Shown here: positions 62,350 through 64,000 of the stretch, in pieces
How positions within the stretch are numbered: the stretch's first letter is position 1
Layout of the letters: every line of letters begins with the position of its first letter
DNA from: an uncultured virus (IMG/VR IMGVR_UViG_3300048926_000232)
Lineage: Duplodnaviria; Heunggongvirae; Uroviricota; Caudoviricetes
IMG/VR virus record: IMGVR_UViG_3300048926_000232
Strand: one strand, 5' to 3'
DNA length: 64,000 nt
The notes under the pieces: model-generated
What the model was told of the DNA's origin: nothing
Database searches by the model: none
Seen by the model: the letters and a program-made list of their open reading frames with translations, nothing else
Program-made: the position numbers and the translations under genes

Positions 62350-62736
62350 ATGAAGACGTTCAGACGTTGCGCCGCTCAAGGGGAAATTACCTTGATACGC
62401 ATCGGCGATCTGCCGCCGAAAGCGGCAGACGAATATTACGACTTTGGCCCGGCGTGGAGAAAGCGCGCGCCCGAGAACGGCCACATGATTATCGGCCATT
62501 CCGAAACCGGGCATCATCATGTCATGGACCGCAATGTGACGGTTGGCGTTCTGACAAAGAACGTCCCGGCAGGCATGGAAATATTGCGGCTGATTGTCGA
62601 AAGCCCGACGCCGATTATTCATCTTCGGGATCACGACACGCACGAGTCGATCATGCTCGACCCCGGCGTTTATGAGGCGCGGATTGCCCGCGAATTCGAC
62701 CCCTACGGCGACATAGCGCGCCGCGTGGCCGACTGA
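62350..62736 (+). CDS. His-rich partner of the DUF6745-like protein
   Basis: AQGE...GHSETGHHH...H...DTHE.I.L.PGVY..R..REF.P....RRVAD. Confidence 0.8.
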   Translation: MKTFRRCAAQGEITLIRIGDLPPKAADEYYDFGPAWRKRAPENGHMIIGHSETGHHHVMDRNVTVGVLTKNVPAGMEILRLIVESPTPIIHLRDHDTHESIMLDPGVYEARIAREFDPYGDIARRVAD

Positions 62737-62750
62737 GAGGCGGGCAGGCC

Positions 62751-63107
62751 GTGGGAACGCTCATAACCTTTGAGTATCTTTTCGTTGACGGCCGGGTAAC
62801 CCCCGGCCGCTCGGAATTCCCATGCCAAGGAATCGAGTCGCCGGAATGGTTTCTGCACCTCCGCAATCTTTGGCGGGAACTGGCCGGCGATTGCGTGCTT
62901 GAGCGCGTCAACGTGTTTCACGATGGGCGCTATACAGACATGCTTGTAGACGAATGCGGCAGGCTTAAACGCTTGGCGCTGAACAGCAAGGCGACTGTGA
63001 TTTATCGCAATAATGTGCAGGTTCATGAACCGAACCCGCCGCCGCCGCGAACCATGCCGGCAATCTATGGGCCGGCGCTTCTATTTCATCAAAAAGTTTG
63101 GTTCTGA
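62751..63107 (+). CDS. Hypothetical protein (possibly DUF3846-like)
   Basis: DMLVDECG.LK.L..N.KAT..Y...IYGPALL. Confidence 0.7.
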   Translation: MGTLITFEYLFVDGRVTPGRSEFPCQGIESPEWFLHLRNLWRELAGDCVLERVNVFHDGRYTDMLVDECGRLKRLALNSKATVIYRNNVQVHEPNPPPPRTMPAIYGPALLFHQKVWF

Positions 63108-63177
63108 GGCCCCAAAAGAGGCCGGCGCCGTTCTGCGCGCCGGCTTAGGTGGCCTCTTGGGAGTGGCAGGAGAAACG

Positions 63178-64000
63178 ATGAACAACGTAGCACGTATTCA
63201 CGAGATTTTGGCACAAACTTGCACGGAGTACCGCAAGGGCGCCGCCATGGTCGAACGCAACCCCGAGGGCGGAATCCGTTCCGTCGAATTTTTCAACATG
63301 CCCGCCGCGCCAACCGAAGGGAACGCGGGCGAAGATTTGATCGACATGCATTTCATTATCGTAGGCGTTGACCGCGAACCGGCGAAATCTATCCGGGACG
63401 AGCTTTTCGGCCTGCTTCAGCCGGCCCGCGACATGCTGGACGCGGGCGCAAGCTATATCACCATAGGCGACTGGTTGGGCGAGCAGAACGCCGCCCTTTG
63501 TCTCATGGCCTTGGGCTCGCACCTGGAATTCTGGCGAATCGTCACCCCGGCAACCCTTGGGTTCGAGGGCAGATATGCCGACCATGTGGCCGGGGTTGGT
63601 TACCTGTTCGTGTCCGGTTTCCGTTCTGCCAACGGGGAGCCGGAAGACGACGCACGGCCAGAGGATGACGAAAGCGGGGAAATCGACGCGCCCGCCGACG
63701 CCATGGAACCCCCTGATGTGCAAACCGTGGACCGGGAGCGGGCGCTTGCCCAAATCGCGGCCCACGGCGTTTTTACCATGTGCCTCGATTGGTTGGCGCT
63801 CCTGAACGACGCCGAACGCGGGCGCATTCACAATGCCAAGGGCGAAATAAGCCTAGCCCTCGACGCCGCCGCGCTCTTGGTTGCGCAAAGCCTGCACAAC
63901 ATGAGCGAAACCGCGCATTCCGATGTGCAGCTAGCCAATCTGTTTTCGCTGCGCATGGGTTACCACCTTGGCCGGATTCGCCGTGCCGCCCAACCGGACT
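63178..64000 (+). CDS. Hypothetical protein, truncated by the window end
   Basis: AGGAGA RBS, ATG 63178; frame reads MNNVARIHEIL...IDMHFIIVGVD...GASYITIGDWLGEQNAALCLMALG and appears open to the end. Confidence 0.7.
   Translation, partial: MNNVARIHEILAQTCTEYRKGAAMVERNPEGGIRSVEFFNMPAAPTEGNAGEDLIDMHFIIVGVDREPAKSIRDELFGLLQPARDMLDAGASYITIGDWLGEQNAALCLMALGSHLEFWRIVTPATLGFEGRYADHVAGVGYLFVSGFRSANGEPEDDARPEDDESGEIDAPADAMEPPDVQTVDRERALAQIAAHGVFTMCLDWLALLNDAERGRIHNAKGEISLALDAAALLVAQSLHNMSETAHSDVQLANLFSLRMGYHLGRIRRAAQPD

Larger units (their letters stand above)
1..64000. mobile_element. Temperate siphophage genome (near complete, non-integrated form)
   Basis: Terminase, HK97-type head, lambda-like tail, integrase with attP, CI/Cro, recombination and replication genes; no host housekeeping genes. 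Confidence 0.97.

Overview
The whole window is a GC-rich temperate siphophage genome. The host is probably an alphaproteobacterium (Rhizobiales-like), inferred from gene content only. Layout: a nin-like accessory region (AAA+ ATPase, Cys-cluster protein); HNH, candidate cos, TerS, ParB/methylases and TerL; a 5-kb island of HTH and secreted proteins that includes a Rap1a/Tai-like immunity gene; a protease-capsid fusion with the portal placed after it, then a collagen-like protein; neck and tail genes with a -1 frameshift chaperone; tape measure and lambda-like M-L-K-I-J; four tandem 'MAQHDQ' fibre paralogues; a LigD-type ligase; attP (tRNA-Glu 3' fragment) and a tyrosine integrase; a leftward early operon (VUT/YhhQ transporter with a TGT/DpdA-like gene, Xis, Bet, TerB); a CI/Cro switch; and a rightward operon (MT-A70, RuvC-like, C5 methylase with a nested alternative-frame ORF, PAPS-reductase-like, replication initiator, DUF6745 pair). 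Phage genes flank both the candidate cos and attP, so this looks like the circular, non-integrated form. No endolysin was recognised. All family names come from motif recognition by eye, not from database searches. The best leads are the salvage-type deazaguanine DNA-modification module with a structured leader, the four-gene fibre array, the secreted/immunity island with a shared signal-peptide sequence, the gene nested in the C5 methylase, and a dispersed TAGY-N3-RCTA operator.
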